NCBI GenBank assembly: GCA_964419045.1
Contig: CAYQNO010000019.1
Location: 413,918 to 477,917 of the forward strand
Origin: an uncultured Flavobacteriales bacterium
Lineage (GTDB): Bacteria > Pseudomonadota > Alphaproteobacteria > UBA8366 > CAVOAK01
DNA: 64,000 nt
Direction: 5' to 3'
Part shown: positions 1 to 9,621 of the stretch, piece after piece
How positions within the stretch are numbered: the first letter of the stretch is position 1
Layout: each line of letters starts with the position of its first letter
The notes under the pieces: generated by a model
What the model saw: the letters and a program-made list of their open reading frames with translations, nothing else
Told to the model about the DNA's origin: nothing
Databases searched by the model: none
Program-made: the position numbers and the translations under genes

Positions 1-984
1 AAAGTTGCCCCACTGGCTAAAATCGGCTGTGGTATATCCGGTACCAGTTGTCATTGAAACGACGTTGAAGACGGCATAACGGAAGGCCCCACTAGTTTCT
101 AAACCCAGACTAACAATTAGATAAATTGAAGTGAGTACTACGGTGATAAAAACTAGCAAGGCGAATAACCGAACTTGGCTGTCCGCAAAAAGCGCTCCGC
201 GCTGTCCACGAATAAAACGAAGATAGAGTACGAAGGGTAGGGCGCCAGCTAACATAAATATTGTCGCTATTGTATCAATCATAGGGCTATTAAAATGGCC
301 AATTGACTGATCGTGTGTAGAAAACCCGCCGGTTGCTATCGTCGTCATTGAATGGACCCAAGCATCGAAAGTGCCCATACCCGCGAGCCAGTATGCGAAA
401 GCACAGACGACTGTAAGCACAAGATAGATGACAGCGATCCATGCGGTGATCTGTGCCGCCCGCGGAAGTACTTTCTCTGAAGTATCTGATGATTCCATGT
501 GGAATAGTTGCATGCCTCCAACTCGCAACAAGGGTAGCACCGCAATCGCCATGGCGATTATGCCGATTCCGCCAAGCCATTGAAGAAGCGCACGCCATAA
601 AAGGATGCCTGGAGGTGCATTATCGAGGCCCGTAATGACAGTGGCTCCTGTAGTTGTGACGCCTGACATTGCCTCGAAGAACGCATCGGTATAGCTCAGC
701 TCTAGATTCGCAAAGGAAAATGGAATGGCGGCAAATGCAGGTGTGATTACCCAACAGAGCGTTGTAAGCACGAAAGCCTGACGCAGACCTAATTGTCTAA
801 TGGTTGAGCGCATAGTCAGCATTAGTAGTACGCCGATAAACAGTGTTAACGTTGCAGAGCCGGCAAACACTTGCCAGTCAGAATTACCCGACGAAGCGTC
901 CACGATAGCCGGTATGCACATTGCAAGCGCTAACGTTGACATGAGAATGCCAGTAATGAACAAAATGGGACGAAAATCGAACAC
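1..984 (-). CDS. trkH: Trk-type K+ uptake protein TrkH (N-terminal 328 codons; gene runs off the window start)
   Basis: Absent from the ORF track because no stop lies in the window. My minus-strand translation from GTG at 984 gives VFDFRPILFITGILMSTLALAMCIPAIV, then LSYTDAFFEAMSGVTTTGAT (TrkH-type TTTG pore-loop motif). An in-frame TAA two codons upstream fixes the start. Confidence 0.85.
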   Translation of the reverse strand, partial: MFDFRPILFITGILMSTLALAMCIPAIVDASSGNSDWQVFAGSATLTLFIGVLLMLTMRSTIRQLGLRQAFVLTTLCWVITPAFAAIPFSFANLELSYTDAFFEAMSGVTTTGATVITGLDNAPPGILLWRALLQWLGGIGIIAMAIAVLPLLRVGGMQLFHMESSDTSEKVLPRAAQITAWIAVIYLVLTVVCAFAYWLAGMGTFDAWVHSMTTIATGGFSTHDQSIGHFNSPMIDTIATIFMLAGALPFVLYLRFIRGQRGALFADSQVRLFALLVFITVVLTSIYLIVSLGLETSGAFRYAVFNVVSMTTGTGYTTADFSQWGNF

Positions 985-1041
985 GGGTTAAGAATTGCCT
1001 TCCCGGGGCGCCGTCATGGTACCGGCTTAGCCCTCGATATG

Positions 1042-1707
1042 TTATTCCCCGCCAATGGCTCTTTGGCTGCCAATCATTCCTAAGAATTCCTGCCGTGTTT
1101 TTGAATCTTCGCGAAACGCGCCCAGCATACGGCTCGTTACCATCATTACTCCAGCCTTATGAATGCCGCGTGTCGTCATACATTGATGAGTTGCTTCTAC
1201 GACGACGGCTACGCCTCGTGGCTGGAGCACTTCGTCAATAGTATTTGCTATTTGCGCTGTCATCTTTTCTTGAATCTGTAAACGTTTAGCATAGACCTCC
1301 ACGAGTCTTGCCAGTTTGCTTATACCTACAACACGATGGTTTGGAAGATAGGCTATGTGTGCCTTGCCGATTATGGGCAACATGTGATGTTCACAATGAG
1401 ACTCAAATAAGATGTTGCGCAGTGTCACCATTTCGTCATAGCCGTCGGTCTCTTCAAAGGTGCGCTTAAGTAGGGTGACTGGATCCACTTTGTATCCACT
1501 AAAAAATTCTTCGTAGGATCGTGCAACGCGATCCGGTGTATCCTTCAGTCCATCACGGTCCGGATTATCCCCTGCCCATAGAATCAGCGTGCGAACGGCA
1601 CGCTCAACTTCATTTCGGTCCGGCCGTGAATCTAAATGTCTCGCAGATTTCCGCTCCTTTGTAGTGCTGCCTTGCGCGGTCCTTTTATTCGTATTCACGT
1701 CATCCAT
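1042..1707 (-). CDS. folE: GTP cyclohydrolase I (FolE type 1)
   Basis: 221 aa. Carries the [22 protein letters not shown] and [14 protein letters not shown] motifs typical of FolE. Confidence 0.95.
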   Translation of the reverse strand: MDDVNTNKRTAQGSTTKERKSARHLDSRPDRNEVERAVRTLILWAGDNPDRDGLKDTPDRVARSYEEFFSGYKVDPVTLLKRTFEETDGYDEMVTLRNILFESHCEHHMLPIIGKAHIAYLPNHRVVGISKLARLVEVYAKRLQIQEKMTAQIANTIDEVLQPRGVAVVVEATHQCMTTRGIHKAGVMMVTSRMLGAFREDSKTRQEFLGMIGSQRAIGGE

Positions 1708-1838
1708 TCTTCATCCTCAAATTGACTGAATCTAAAATTTTGATTCAATTTCAACAAGTTCTAGCACCTGATGGCACTCCGACAAACTTTTTGCCTCGAG
1801 TCAGCCATCTTAACTGCCTGTTGGTTAAGATTTCTTCC

Positions 1839-2258
1839 CTAGTGGAGTTGTACAGGCTGGTACGGGCTATCAAGCGAAAATGCCGGTATATCGACTTCAA
1901 ACCTGTCACCATCGGTACATTCCATTTGGTAGTGTCCGACCATTATCCCCGAGGGTGTCGGTAGCGGTGTACCACTAGTGTACTCGAATGTTTCTCCTGG
2001 TTGTAACACAGGCTGTTCACCAACAACGCCCGGCCCACGGACTTCCTGAATTCTTCCTAGAGAATCCGTAATGTTCCAATAGCGATCACGCAGTTGTACT
2101 GTCTTACCCCCATTATTTTCTATACGCACGTGATAGGCCCAAACAAAATGGTTGTCACTGGGGGAAGACTGGTCCTCTAGGTAAAATGGGTTAACCACGA
2201 CCTTAATATCTTGAGTGACCGCCTGATAATGATTGCTCTCTGATTCTTGCAACATCAC
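1839..2258 (-). CDS. apaG: ApaG (DUF525) protein
   Basis: 139 aa. [50 protein letters not shown] match the ApaG fold family. Confidence 0.9.
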   Translation of the reverse strand: MMLQESESNHYQAVTQDIKVVVNPFYLEDQSSPSDNHFVWAYHVRIENNGGKTVQLRDRYWNITDSLGRIQEVRGPGVVGEQPVLQPGETFEYTSGTPLPTPSGIMVGHYQMECTDGDRFEVDIPAFSLDSPYQPVQLH

Positions 2259-2329
2259 ACACAGGTTTCCTTATAACTTTCAGACCAGCTAGTTTAAAAC
2301 AGCAGTGCAGGTTGTCCAATAGGCTATAG

Positions 2330-2959
2330 TCAGATTTCAACGATAACTCCATTTGTTGCTTCTGCGTCGGCGGGATCATGCGTTACCAGCAAGGTCGGAA
2401 TCGCTTGTTTTGCAGCATGCTCGAATACGAATTGACGGAACCGTTCGCGCAGTTTCGCATCAAGTTTTGAGAATGGCTCATCGAGGAGAAGGGCGTGTGG
2501 CGCGGCCGCGAGCGTACGCATTAGGGCTACGCGTGCGCGTTGGCCACCTGAAAGGGTTGCTGGATCATATTCCGAGAACGTTAACATATCTGCTTCAGAA
2601 AGCGCAGATTTAACACGCTGGTGGCGTTCACTTGCCGAAAGCGACCGTGGTAATCCAAATGAAATATTCTCTCCAACCGATAAATGGGGAAACAATAGAT
2701 CGTCTTGGAATAAGATGCCTATTCGTCGTTTTTCCGGTGGAAGAGATGTTACGTTGTTACCGTCGAGCAATACGCGTCCATCGGCTACGAATGCTGGATC
2801 AAGTGTACCACAGGCGAAGGCCAGTAGCGTCGATTTTCCCGAGCCACTTGATCCCATGACAGTAACAATCTCACCAGGAGAAACCTTAAGAGAAAGAGGT
2901 CCTAACAGCCGTTCTCCACGGAGTGAAAAGGTTACGTTCTCAAACTCTAAACCACTCAC
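2330..2959 (-). CDS. ABC transporter ATP-binding protein (YnjD-like)
   Basis: 209 aa. Walker A GSSGSGKST, signature LSGGQRARV, Walker B LLLDEPFSKLD. Last gene of an SBP-permease-ATPase operon. Confidence 0.9.
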   Translation of the reverse strand: MSGLEFENVTFSLRGERLLGPLSLKVSPGEIVTVMGSSGSGKSTLLAFACGTLDPAFVADGRVLLDGNNVTSLPPEKRRIGILFQDDLLFPHLSVGENISFGLPRSLSASERHQRVKSALSEADMLTFSEYDPATLSGGQRARVALMRTLAAAPHALLLDEPFSKLDAKLRERFRQFVFEHAAKQAIPTLLVTHDPADAEATNGVIVEI

Positions 2960-2993
2960 TATATGAGACTTCGCATTGTTATCCAGATTTCAA

Positions 2994-4676
2994 TCATTGT
3001 GCCACCCTAAGTGAACGCCGTTCACGATACAACCAGGCAGGTAGACCCAGCGAGATTGAAAAGGCCAAGAAGGGTAATGCAGCTTGCAGAAATACGTAAA
3101 CTCCCATTAAACGACGGTCTGCACCACTGGAAAGGCTAACCGCTTCGGTCGTAAGGGTTACATAACGCCCATCCCCCACAAACACCGTCGGCAGATATTG
3201 GCCTACGCTAACGGCGAAGCCGACGGCGAACGCGATAAGTACTGGCCGCAATAACATCGGTATTTTTACTTGCCAAAAAGTTCGATTTGAACTCGCACCA
3301 AGGCAAAGGGAGCTGCGCACGTAACGTTCATCCAGATTACGAAAGGGATCGCTGAGTGATAAAAAAATATACGGTAATACGAACAAAAGATGACTCCAGA
3401 CCAACGCAAGCCAGGTTCCCGAAAAGCCTGTCCACGAAAGCAATACCTGACACCCAAACAAAAATGCAATTTGCGGAACGAGAAGGGGCACATACAGTAA
3501 CCACAACGCGTTACTCGCCGGTCGTAATCCGTACCTCTTTTCGTTCTCAAGACATCCTAGGGAGAGTGAGAGCCCGAGCATAGCGGCAGCGATACCCACC
3601 GAAATTGTTGTCCATAGCGGCCAAATTAGAGAATCTGCCTGTTGTATCCAATTGGCGAGAGTCCACTCACTCGGTAATAAATTGGGGTAACGCCAGCGAT
3701 GAGTGAGCGACCAGATAGCCATGCTAATCAGGCTCATAAATCCGCTGCAGATTACGATAGTTACGACCCCCACTGATGCTTTGTGCCCAATCGAGCCGAA
3801 GCAGCCGCGGCTGCCGCTCGTAATCCAAATATGTCCCAGGCGGGACATAATTCGTTCGAGTAGGCACCATAACGCCACAGCAACAATCACTACCACAAGT
3901 TGGAGACTGGCACCTGCTGCCGCGAGAAATTGACGGGTGAGATCGGGATCGTTAAACCAGTTTAATATTAATGGGGCTAGGGGTGGTGGTGTGCTTGGAG
4001 CAAGAATGAGCGCTACATCGACGTTAGAGGTCGAGAACGCGAGTACAGCTAAGACTGGGAGACGTATTTGGGGATAGACAAGTGGCAAAACTGTTTTAAG
4101 CCATGATGTTGCTGGTCCGTAGCCGAGCGAGCGGCTAACAGCTAGGATCTCATTGGCACGAGTCTGACCAAGTGCCGCAAAGGTCATAAGGAAAAGGAAG
4201 GGAACTTCTTTTAAGACCAATGCGGCAATATATGAGAGTCCGTAAGGGTCTGGCGAAGTCGCCAGGTCTGGTGGTAGCTGCCATCCTGTCGCCCAAGGTG
4301 AAATAGCGCGTACCAGCCAACCCGACGGTGCAATCAGGTAGGCAAATCCGATCGCTACCGATACGTGAGGTACAGATAAAAGAGGTGAAATCGACCGACG
4401 CAATAAACTGAATAGGTGTGTGCTGTGACAGGTCGAACAACAGCCTATCACAACACCAAGAGAGATTGCAGTAGCGATAACGCCTGTAGCGAGCGATAGG
4501 CTGATGGATGTTTCTATTCCTGGCCATGCAGCGAGTTCGCGCCAAGGGTCTATCGCAAAGTTTGTGCTACCTAATGCCGGCATAAACCCAAGAGATGGAA
4601 GAATGGTCCCAATTAGTCCCACGAGGACTGGTACTAAAAAAAGCATTAGGGTAAGGGCAGGGATCCAACGCAGCAT
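2994..4676 (-). CDS. ABC transporter permease, fused double-domain (YnjC/ThiP-like)
   Basis: 560 aa and highly hydrophobic with about 12 TM segments. Length and position between SBP and ATPase match the ynjBCD/thiBPQ-type architecture. Confidence 0.85.
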   Translation of the reverse strand: MLRWIPALTLMLFLVPVLVGLIGTILPSLGFMPALGSTNFAIDPWRELAAWPGIETSISLSLATGVIATAISLGVVIGCCSTCHSTHLFSLLRRSISPLLSVPHVSVAIGFAYLIAPSGWLVRAISPWATGWQLPPDLATSPDPYGLSYIAALVLKEVPFLFLMTFAALGQTRANEILAVSRSLGYGPATSWLKTVLPLVYPQIRLPVLAVLAFSTSNVDVALILAPSTPPPLAPLILNWFNDPDLTRQFLAAAGASLQLVVVIVAVALWCLLERIMSRLGHIWITSGSRGCFGSIGHKASVGVVTIVICSGFMSLISMAIWSLTHRWRYPNLLPSEWTLANWIQQADSLIWPLWTTISVGIAAAMLGLSLSLGCLENEKRYGLRPASNALWLLYVPLLVPQIAFLFGCQVLLSWTGFSGTWLALVWSHLLFVLPYIFLSLSDPFRNLDERYVRSSLCLGASSNRTFWQVKIPMLLRPVLIAFAVGFAVSVGQYLPTVFVGDGRYVTLTTEAVSLSSGADRRLMGVYVFLQAALPFLAFSISLGLPAWLYRERRSLRVAQ

Positions 4677-4700
4677 TACCCCGCACTCGCCCTGTGTTTC

Positions 4701-5924
4701 CTAATGACCGTAACGTTGCAGCCAAGTTTTCTCAATGCGTGTCATCCAAGACGGGTGAGGCTCTGGCAGGGTAGCCCCAAGCTTATCCGGTGGGAGAGTT
4801 GCAACACCTCTCGGTAAGTTATTAAATTGTTTTCTGTCTTCTGTATCGAGCAGATCCATCGACAGAACAGTGTCATCACCCCAAATATCCGGATTCTGCT
4901 TTTGTGCTTGCGCTTCCGGAGATAGCAAGAAGTTTGCGACAACCATTGCACCTTCTCTTGCGCGGGAATTGAAGGGAATAGCCACAAAGTGAGTATTGCC
5001 GATGGTACCATTGTCGAGCACAAATGTACGCACTGTCTTTGGTAACAAGCCATTGGCAATCGCTGAAGAAGCTTCTGCCGGATGAAACGAAATAGCGATA
5101 TCAACCTCACCGTCATCGAGCAACTGGCGTTGAGCGGGACCGCTCTTTGGGAAGTTTTTTCCATAACGCCATTGGTGCACGTGTAGGGCGTCGAGGAATT
5201 GCCAAAGTGGCGCTGTAATACTTTCAAAATTGGCTCCAGCTGACTTTTGGAGGATATCGGGCTCAGGTAAGAGTTCGTAGAGCGCCTGCTTCAAAAATGT
5301 TGTGCCGATGAAGTCTGGTGGGGCAGGATAGGTGAAGCGGCTGGGGTAGGATTTGGCGAATTCTAAAAATCCTGCGACCGAGCGTGGTGGTTCCTTCAAT
5401 CTTGCTGAATCGTACATGAATACGAGTTTTGCCATGCCCCACGGTGATTCGTATCCATCGGTGGGAACGGTGAAATCGAGAATAGTAGTTGGTTTATCCT
5501 CAATGTCGACAAGCGAAAAGTTCGGTAGACTATTCGCAAAGGGACCAAAAAGTAGATTCTGGTCTTTCATGGCCTTAAAGTTTTCACCATTGATCCAGAT
5601 AAGGTCAATCGATCCGTCGGTCACGCGGCCAGCGGCTTTTTCAGCCAGTACCTTCCGCACCGCTTCAGCGGTGTCGGCGAGTTTTACATGGCGAAGTGTT
5701 ATACCGTAGCGTAGATTCATTTGTGCACCAACCCAGGCAATATACGCATTAATTCGCTTGTCACCGCCCCATGCATTCCAAAACACTTCCTGCCCACGTG
5801 CGTTTGCGATGACGTCCTTCCATGTTTCGTCGGCTAACGCCGAAATGTTGGCCGTGCTCCAAATGAGTCCCACTACAAAAATTACACCACCCATAGCAGA
5901 TCGAAGTATCCTCGTTCCTACCAT
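4701..5924 (-). CDS. ABC transporter periplasmic substrate-binding protein (YnjB-like)
   Basis: 407 aa. N-terminal signal peptide (VIFVVGLIWSTANISALA). First gene of the operon. Substrate cannot be read from the sequence. Confidence 0.8.
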   Translation of the reverse strand: MVGTRILRSAMGGVIFVVGLIWSTANISALADETWKDVIANARGQEVFWNAWGGDKRINAYIAWVGAQMNLRYGITLRHVKLADTAEAVRKVLAEKAAGRVTDGSIDLIWINGENFKAMKDQNLLFGPFANSLPNFSLVDIEDKPTTILDFTVPTDGYESPWGMAKLVFMYDSARLKEPPRSVAGFLEFAKSYPSRFTYPAPPDFIGTTFLKQALYELLPEPDILQKSAGANFESITAPLWQFLDALHVHQWRYGKNFPKSGPAQRQLLDDGEVDIAISFHPAEASSAIANGLLPKTVRTFVLDNGTIGNTHFVAIPFNSRAREGAMVVANFLLSPEAQAQKQNPDIWGDDTVLSMDLLDTEDRKQFNNLPRGVATLPPDKLGATLPEPHPSWMTRIEKTWLQRYGH

Positions 5925-6107
5925 TCGAATTCCCCAGATTAATTTTCACCGACAACGCCCATGAGACGTGATGACGTGGCCGGCGTCAAGGAGACCCATT
6001 TAGGTGTAACATTATGTAGGGTGAACACAATTCATCGGAGTCGTTGATTATCCCGCCAGGTGCGTGCATAGATTATCCAAGTGCAGTTTGCCAACAGGAG
6101 TCCAGTC

Positions 6108-7352
6108 ATGAGTAAGTTTGATTCAGTGCAGCAAGACGATGGTACTGAGGGTCGATTTAGTAGTGTGTGTTTTGTCGGCCGACTTGGTCCACTTGTCTCT
6201 GTCGTCCTCATGAATACGCTACTCAATATTATTACCTTCGGAATATACAGATTCTGGGCCAAAACACGGATACGTAGATATTTCTGGAACCATGTTCGTA
6301 TTGCTGGTGATCCAGTGGAATATGTTGGGTTGGGGAAGGAACTGTTCATCGGATTTCTGATTGCTCTCGCGGTGCTTGTCCCGCTCATTAGTCTCTACCA
6401 AATTATATTGGTTCTTCTCCTTGGGTTGCCAGAGTGGGTGCAATCAATCTGGAGTCTGATTTATGCGGTTTTGATATTCTCGCTTATTCAAGTGGCAATC
6501 TTTCGAATGTTTCGTTACCGCCTAACCCGAACAATATGGCGGGGAATCCAGTTTGGCCTCGACGGATCAACAATGCGGTTCGTATTATTGGCACTTGGAT
6601 GGACCGGGGTTGCAATTATTTCGCTTGGGTTAGCAGTCCCGTGGATGCGCGTTGCACTGATGCGCTATCGGATTAGAAACGCTCGATTTGGCTCGAGCAA
6701 ATTCGACTTTAATGGTAGTGGAAAAGCATTGATTGGAATTTGGTTAATCAATTACGCGCTCTTGGGCGCTGTACTTGTGAGTTTGCTCACATATCCACCG
6801 ATAGCGATATTATTTGTAGTGGCAGTACTTTTCACTTTTACAATTTTTCGTGTCCGTGAGTTTAGATATTTTATAAGTGCTACATCGATCACGGGTGTCA
6901 AATTCGAGTCGCTCGCCGAAACGGGTAAGGTCTTTAAAATGTTTGTATTAACACAACTCATTATATTGCTTGGTATCGTATTATTAGGTGTTTTGGTGAT
7001 TGGTATAGGCGCAGCCGTAGTCCAAAATCTAGGTATTCTTGAATCTGTTTCTACCACAAGTAATTGGCTGGATGAATTTGGAGATCTTTCTGATCTTGAG
7101 GCAGGAAAAAAAGTTATAGAAGTAATAAGTGCTGGTGGGGGGGTATTGGCGTTAACCTCGATAGTTGGGTTATTGACATTCCTGTTTTTCAAGCGGGTCG
7201 TTACGACAGTTGTGTTGCAACATCCACTCATGGTTCATATTTGTTCGACTCTAACAATCATAAATCCATCGAAACTGGATCAGATAGTTAGATCTAATGA
7301 GGCTGTTCCGCGTTTTGGTGAGGGATTTGCTGACGCGTTTGATGTGGGTTAG
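6108..7352 (+). CDS. DUF898 (YjgN-family) polytopic membrane protein
   Basis: ITFGIYRFWAKTRIRRYFW and AVPWMRVALMRYRIRNARFG are the repeated DUF898 signature, with about 8 TM helices. I prefer ATG 6108 (AGGAG 7 nt upstream) over the track's GTG 6081. Confidence 0.8.
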   Translation: MSKFDSVQQDDGTEGRFSSVCFVGRLGPLVSVVLMNTLLNIITFGIYRFWAKTRIRRYFWNHVRIAGDPVEYVGLGKELFIGFLIALAVLVPLISLYQIILVLLLGLPEWVQSIWSLIYAVLIFSLIQVAIFRMFRYRLTRTIWRGIQFGLDGSTMRFVLLALGWTGVAIISLGLAVPWMRVALMRYRIRNARFGSSKFDFNGSGKALIGIWLINYALLGAVLVSLLTYPPIAILFVVAVLFTFTIFRVREFRYFISATSITGVKFESLAETGKVFKMFVLTQLIILLGIVLLGVLVIGIGAAVVQNLGILESVSTTSNWLDEFGDLSDLEAGKKVIEVISAGGGVLALTSIVGLLTFLFFKRVVTTVVLQHPLMVHICSTLTIINPSKLDQIVRSNEAVPRFGEGFADAFDVG

Positions 7353-7361
7353 GGCTGATCG

Positions 7362-8459
7362 GTGGAGTGGTCTGGGATATACTACGATGGGGAACGGGCG
7401 AAAAGTTGGCAAGTACGTGTCTCCTTAGATGGGGACATTCTGCAAATTTGCGATGATAACCATACCGCCTTAGCTCAATGGTCGATCGATGAAATCCGTC
7501 TTGTTTCTAATGTTGAAAAAGATGGTGTTGTCCACTTACGCCGTGGATTAGGAGAAAACGAGCGATTAAATGTTGCTGACCTCAAAATATTGGCTGTGTT
7601 GGAAGCAAAGTGTCCAAACCTCCATCGTACGGCTATTAGTTGGAAGACCAATGTTTGGTCAATCGCAATTTGGATAACAGTTACGATAGTTTCCTTAGGG
7701 CTGCTTGTGAAGATTGTAATTCCGTCACTGAGTGGATCTTTAGCTGCAATCATTCCAACTTCTTGGGAGAGGCAGATTGGAGAAAGGACGGCTGACCAAA
7801 TTATTTTTGCGCTTTCACAATTAGAAGGTGTGTCTTCCAGCGGGAGAACCTGTAAGGACGCGGTGGCGCAGATTGCACTAGAAACTTTTATAGAGCGACT
7901 CGAGTTGGGCGATGGGGAGTTGCCGTATATCAATCTGCGCGTAGTCGATCTCAAGTCTGTTAACGCGCTTGCTTTGCCAGGGGGGCAAATCCTCGTATTC
8001 AATGGGCTTCTTGAATTTGTGGAGAATGGCGACGAACTTTCAGGGGTGCTGGCCCACGAGATTGCCCATGTAGTCCTGCGCCATCCGCTTGAGGTAGCAA
8101 TCAAGGGAGCTAGTTTGTCGGTCCTGATTAGTTTGGTTGTTGGTGACATAACGGGTGGGGTGGCGATCACTACGCTGGGTACCACACTAGTACGGGCAGC
8201 ATATGGTAGGAAAGCTGAGCAGGAGGCCGATGCGCTGGCTATTCGGATGCTTAATTCCACTGGTTTGGAGAGTCTAAAAATGGCGGATTTGTTCGAGAGA
8301 TTCGGACGCGAGCTGCCAGAATTAGAAGGTGCGTTAACGTATTTGTCAAACCATCCATTATCAGGTGAACGAGCGAAATATATAAGAACCTATGGACGAG
8401 TTGGACAACCCGCTTTCGCGCCGGATGTGTGGAAGTTGATCCACTCGATGTGTGGGTAG
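7362..8459 (+). CDS. Membrane-anchored M48-family zinc metallopeptidase with about 95-aa N-terminal cytoplasmic domain
   Basis: HEIAHVVLRH (HExxH) plus a downstream EQEADALA third-ligand region. TM segment WSIAIWITVTIVSLGLLV. Starts 10 nt after the DUF898 stop. Confidence 0.85.
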   Translation: MEWSGIYYDGERAKSWQVRVSLDGDILQICDDNHTALAQWSIDEIRLVSNVEKDGVVHLRRGLGENERLNVADLKILAVLEAKCPNLHRTAISWKTNVWSIAIWITVTIVSLGLLVKIVIPSLSGSLAAIIPTSWERQIGERTADQIIFALSQLEGVSSSGRTCKDAVAQIALETFIERLELGDGELPYINLRVVDLKSVNALALPGGQILVFNGLLEFVENGDELSGVLAHEIAHVVLRHPLEVAIKGASLSVLISLVVGDITGGVAITTLGTTLVRAAYGRKAEQEADALAIRMLNSTGLESLKMADLFERFGRELPELEGALTYLSNHPLSGERAKYIRTYGRVGQPAFAPDVWKLIHSMCG

Positions 8460-8526
8460 AGGTTGCTACTGACCGCTTGTGGGTGTGTCCGTCTTTATCC
8501 TATATAAATCTTCCGAACGGATTGAC

Positions 8527-8600
8527 GCGGGTGTAGCTCAATGGCAGAGCAAGAGCTTCCCAAGCTTTAGACGGGGGTTCGATTCCCCTCACCCGCTCCA
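8527..8600 (+). tRNA. tRNA-Gly (anticodon CCC)
   Basis: Hand-folded cloverleaf. Acceptor GCGGGTG/CACCCGC, D arm GCTC-AATGGCA-GAGC, anticodon arm AGAGC-TTCCCAA-GCTTT, T arm GGGGG-TTCGATT-CCCCT, encoded CCA. Confidence 0.93.
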
Positions 8601-8671
8601 ATCCCATGTAATGTGTGAATGACCTAATGTGCAACAAATCTGCAGCAGCAGAATCTGAGGAGAATGTGTTC

Positions 8672-9556
8672 ATGACGGATTATCAAACTTGGTTCGGAAA
8701 CGAATTTCCACTTGTCGAAACGGACTGGCTGGAAACCAATATCGACGCGCCAGACTTACGCATTCTCGACTGCACGGTACTAATGTCGCCAGATCCTTCT
8801 GGTGGTACTATTGCGGTGAGTGGGCAAACCCAATGGGAAGCTGAACATATTCCGGGAAGTGGATTTGCTGATGTACTGGGTGCTCTTTCAGACCAAGAAA
8901 CAGAGTTACGCTTTACTTTGCCTGGTGCTGATAGATTTGCTGAGGCGATGGGTGTGCTTGGCGTAGATGAAGGTACAAGGGTAGTACTCTACAGTTCGGA
9001 AGGTTACGGGTTCGCGGCTCGTGTATGGTGGATGTTGCGAGAGTTTGGGTTCTGTAAAGCAGCAATTCTCAATGGTGGGCTCACAAAATGGAAGAATGAA
9101 AATCGTCCCCTGACTGATGACTTATCACCAATTGCACCGACCACGTTTATAGTTCGTGAAAGGTCCGGAGATTTTGTTGATAAAGCGCATATGATTGCAG
9201 CGTTAGAGGATAGTGGCGCCTGCATCATTAATGCTCTTACTAACGAGCAACATGCAGGATCGGGTGGGTCAAATTACGGCCGACCGGGGAGAATTCCTGG
9301 TACTTGCTGCATCCCATCCGGGGATCTTGTAAATCAAAGTACAGGGACTTATAAGCCGATGGCTGAACTTCGGTGCAAATTTGCAGAGGTTGGGGTATTT
9401 GAGGCAGATCGGGTGATAACATATTGCGGCGGAGGAATTGCGGCCAGCAGTGATGCATTTGTTTTAAGCATGCTGGGGGTCAATAATATCTCGATATACG
9501 ATGGCTCGCTTCGCGAATGGGTTGCGGACCTTGACTTACCCATGGAGACAGATTAA
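8672..9556 (+). CDS. Two-domain rhodanese-family sulfurtransferase (SseA/3-mercaptopyruvate or thiosulfate type)
   Basis: Active-site loop YCGGGIAAS in the C-terminal rhodanese domain; EHIPGS in the N-terminal domain. ATG 8672 (GAGGAG 9 nt upstream) is preferred over the track's GTG 8615. Confidence 0.8.
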   Translation: MTDYQTWFGNEFPLVETDWLETNIDAPDLRILDCTVLMSPDPSGGTIAVSGQTQWEAEHIPGSGFADVLGALSDQETELRFTLPGADRFAEAMGVLGVDEGTRVVLYSSEGYGFAARVWWMLREFGFCKAAILNGGLTKWKNENRPLTDDLSPIAPTTFIVRERSGDFVDKAHMIAALEDSGACIINALTNEQHAGSGGSNYGRPGRIPGTCCIPSGDLVNQSTGTYKPMAELRCKFAEVGVFEADRVITYCGGGIAASSDAFVLSMLGVNNISIYDGSLREWVADLDLPMETD

Positions 9557-9621
9557 CCCAACCACACTCTGTGCGCAGATAGACGCGAACTATGAACAAC
9601 AATTAGTCATACGCTGCTATA

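Noticed and set aside
5925-6080. TPP (thiamine) riboswitch expected upstream of a ThiB/YnjB-like ABC operon.
   Set aside because: Reading the minus-strand leader, I found neither the conserved CUGAGA nor the ACCUGAUCUGGAUAAUGCCAGCG-like elements.
7475-8260. 261-aa ORF antisense to the M48 peptidase gene. Similar long antisense ORFs lie at 11763-12473 (236 aa), 25631-26203 (190 aa), 20771-21331 (186 aa) and 6752-7231 (159 aa).
   Set aside because: Each lies fully inside a well-supported gene on the opposite strand. Their translations are Ser/Arg/Pro/Thr-rich and low in complexity, with no recognisable motifs. They are typical shadow ORFs produced by the codon bias of the sense gene.
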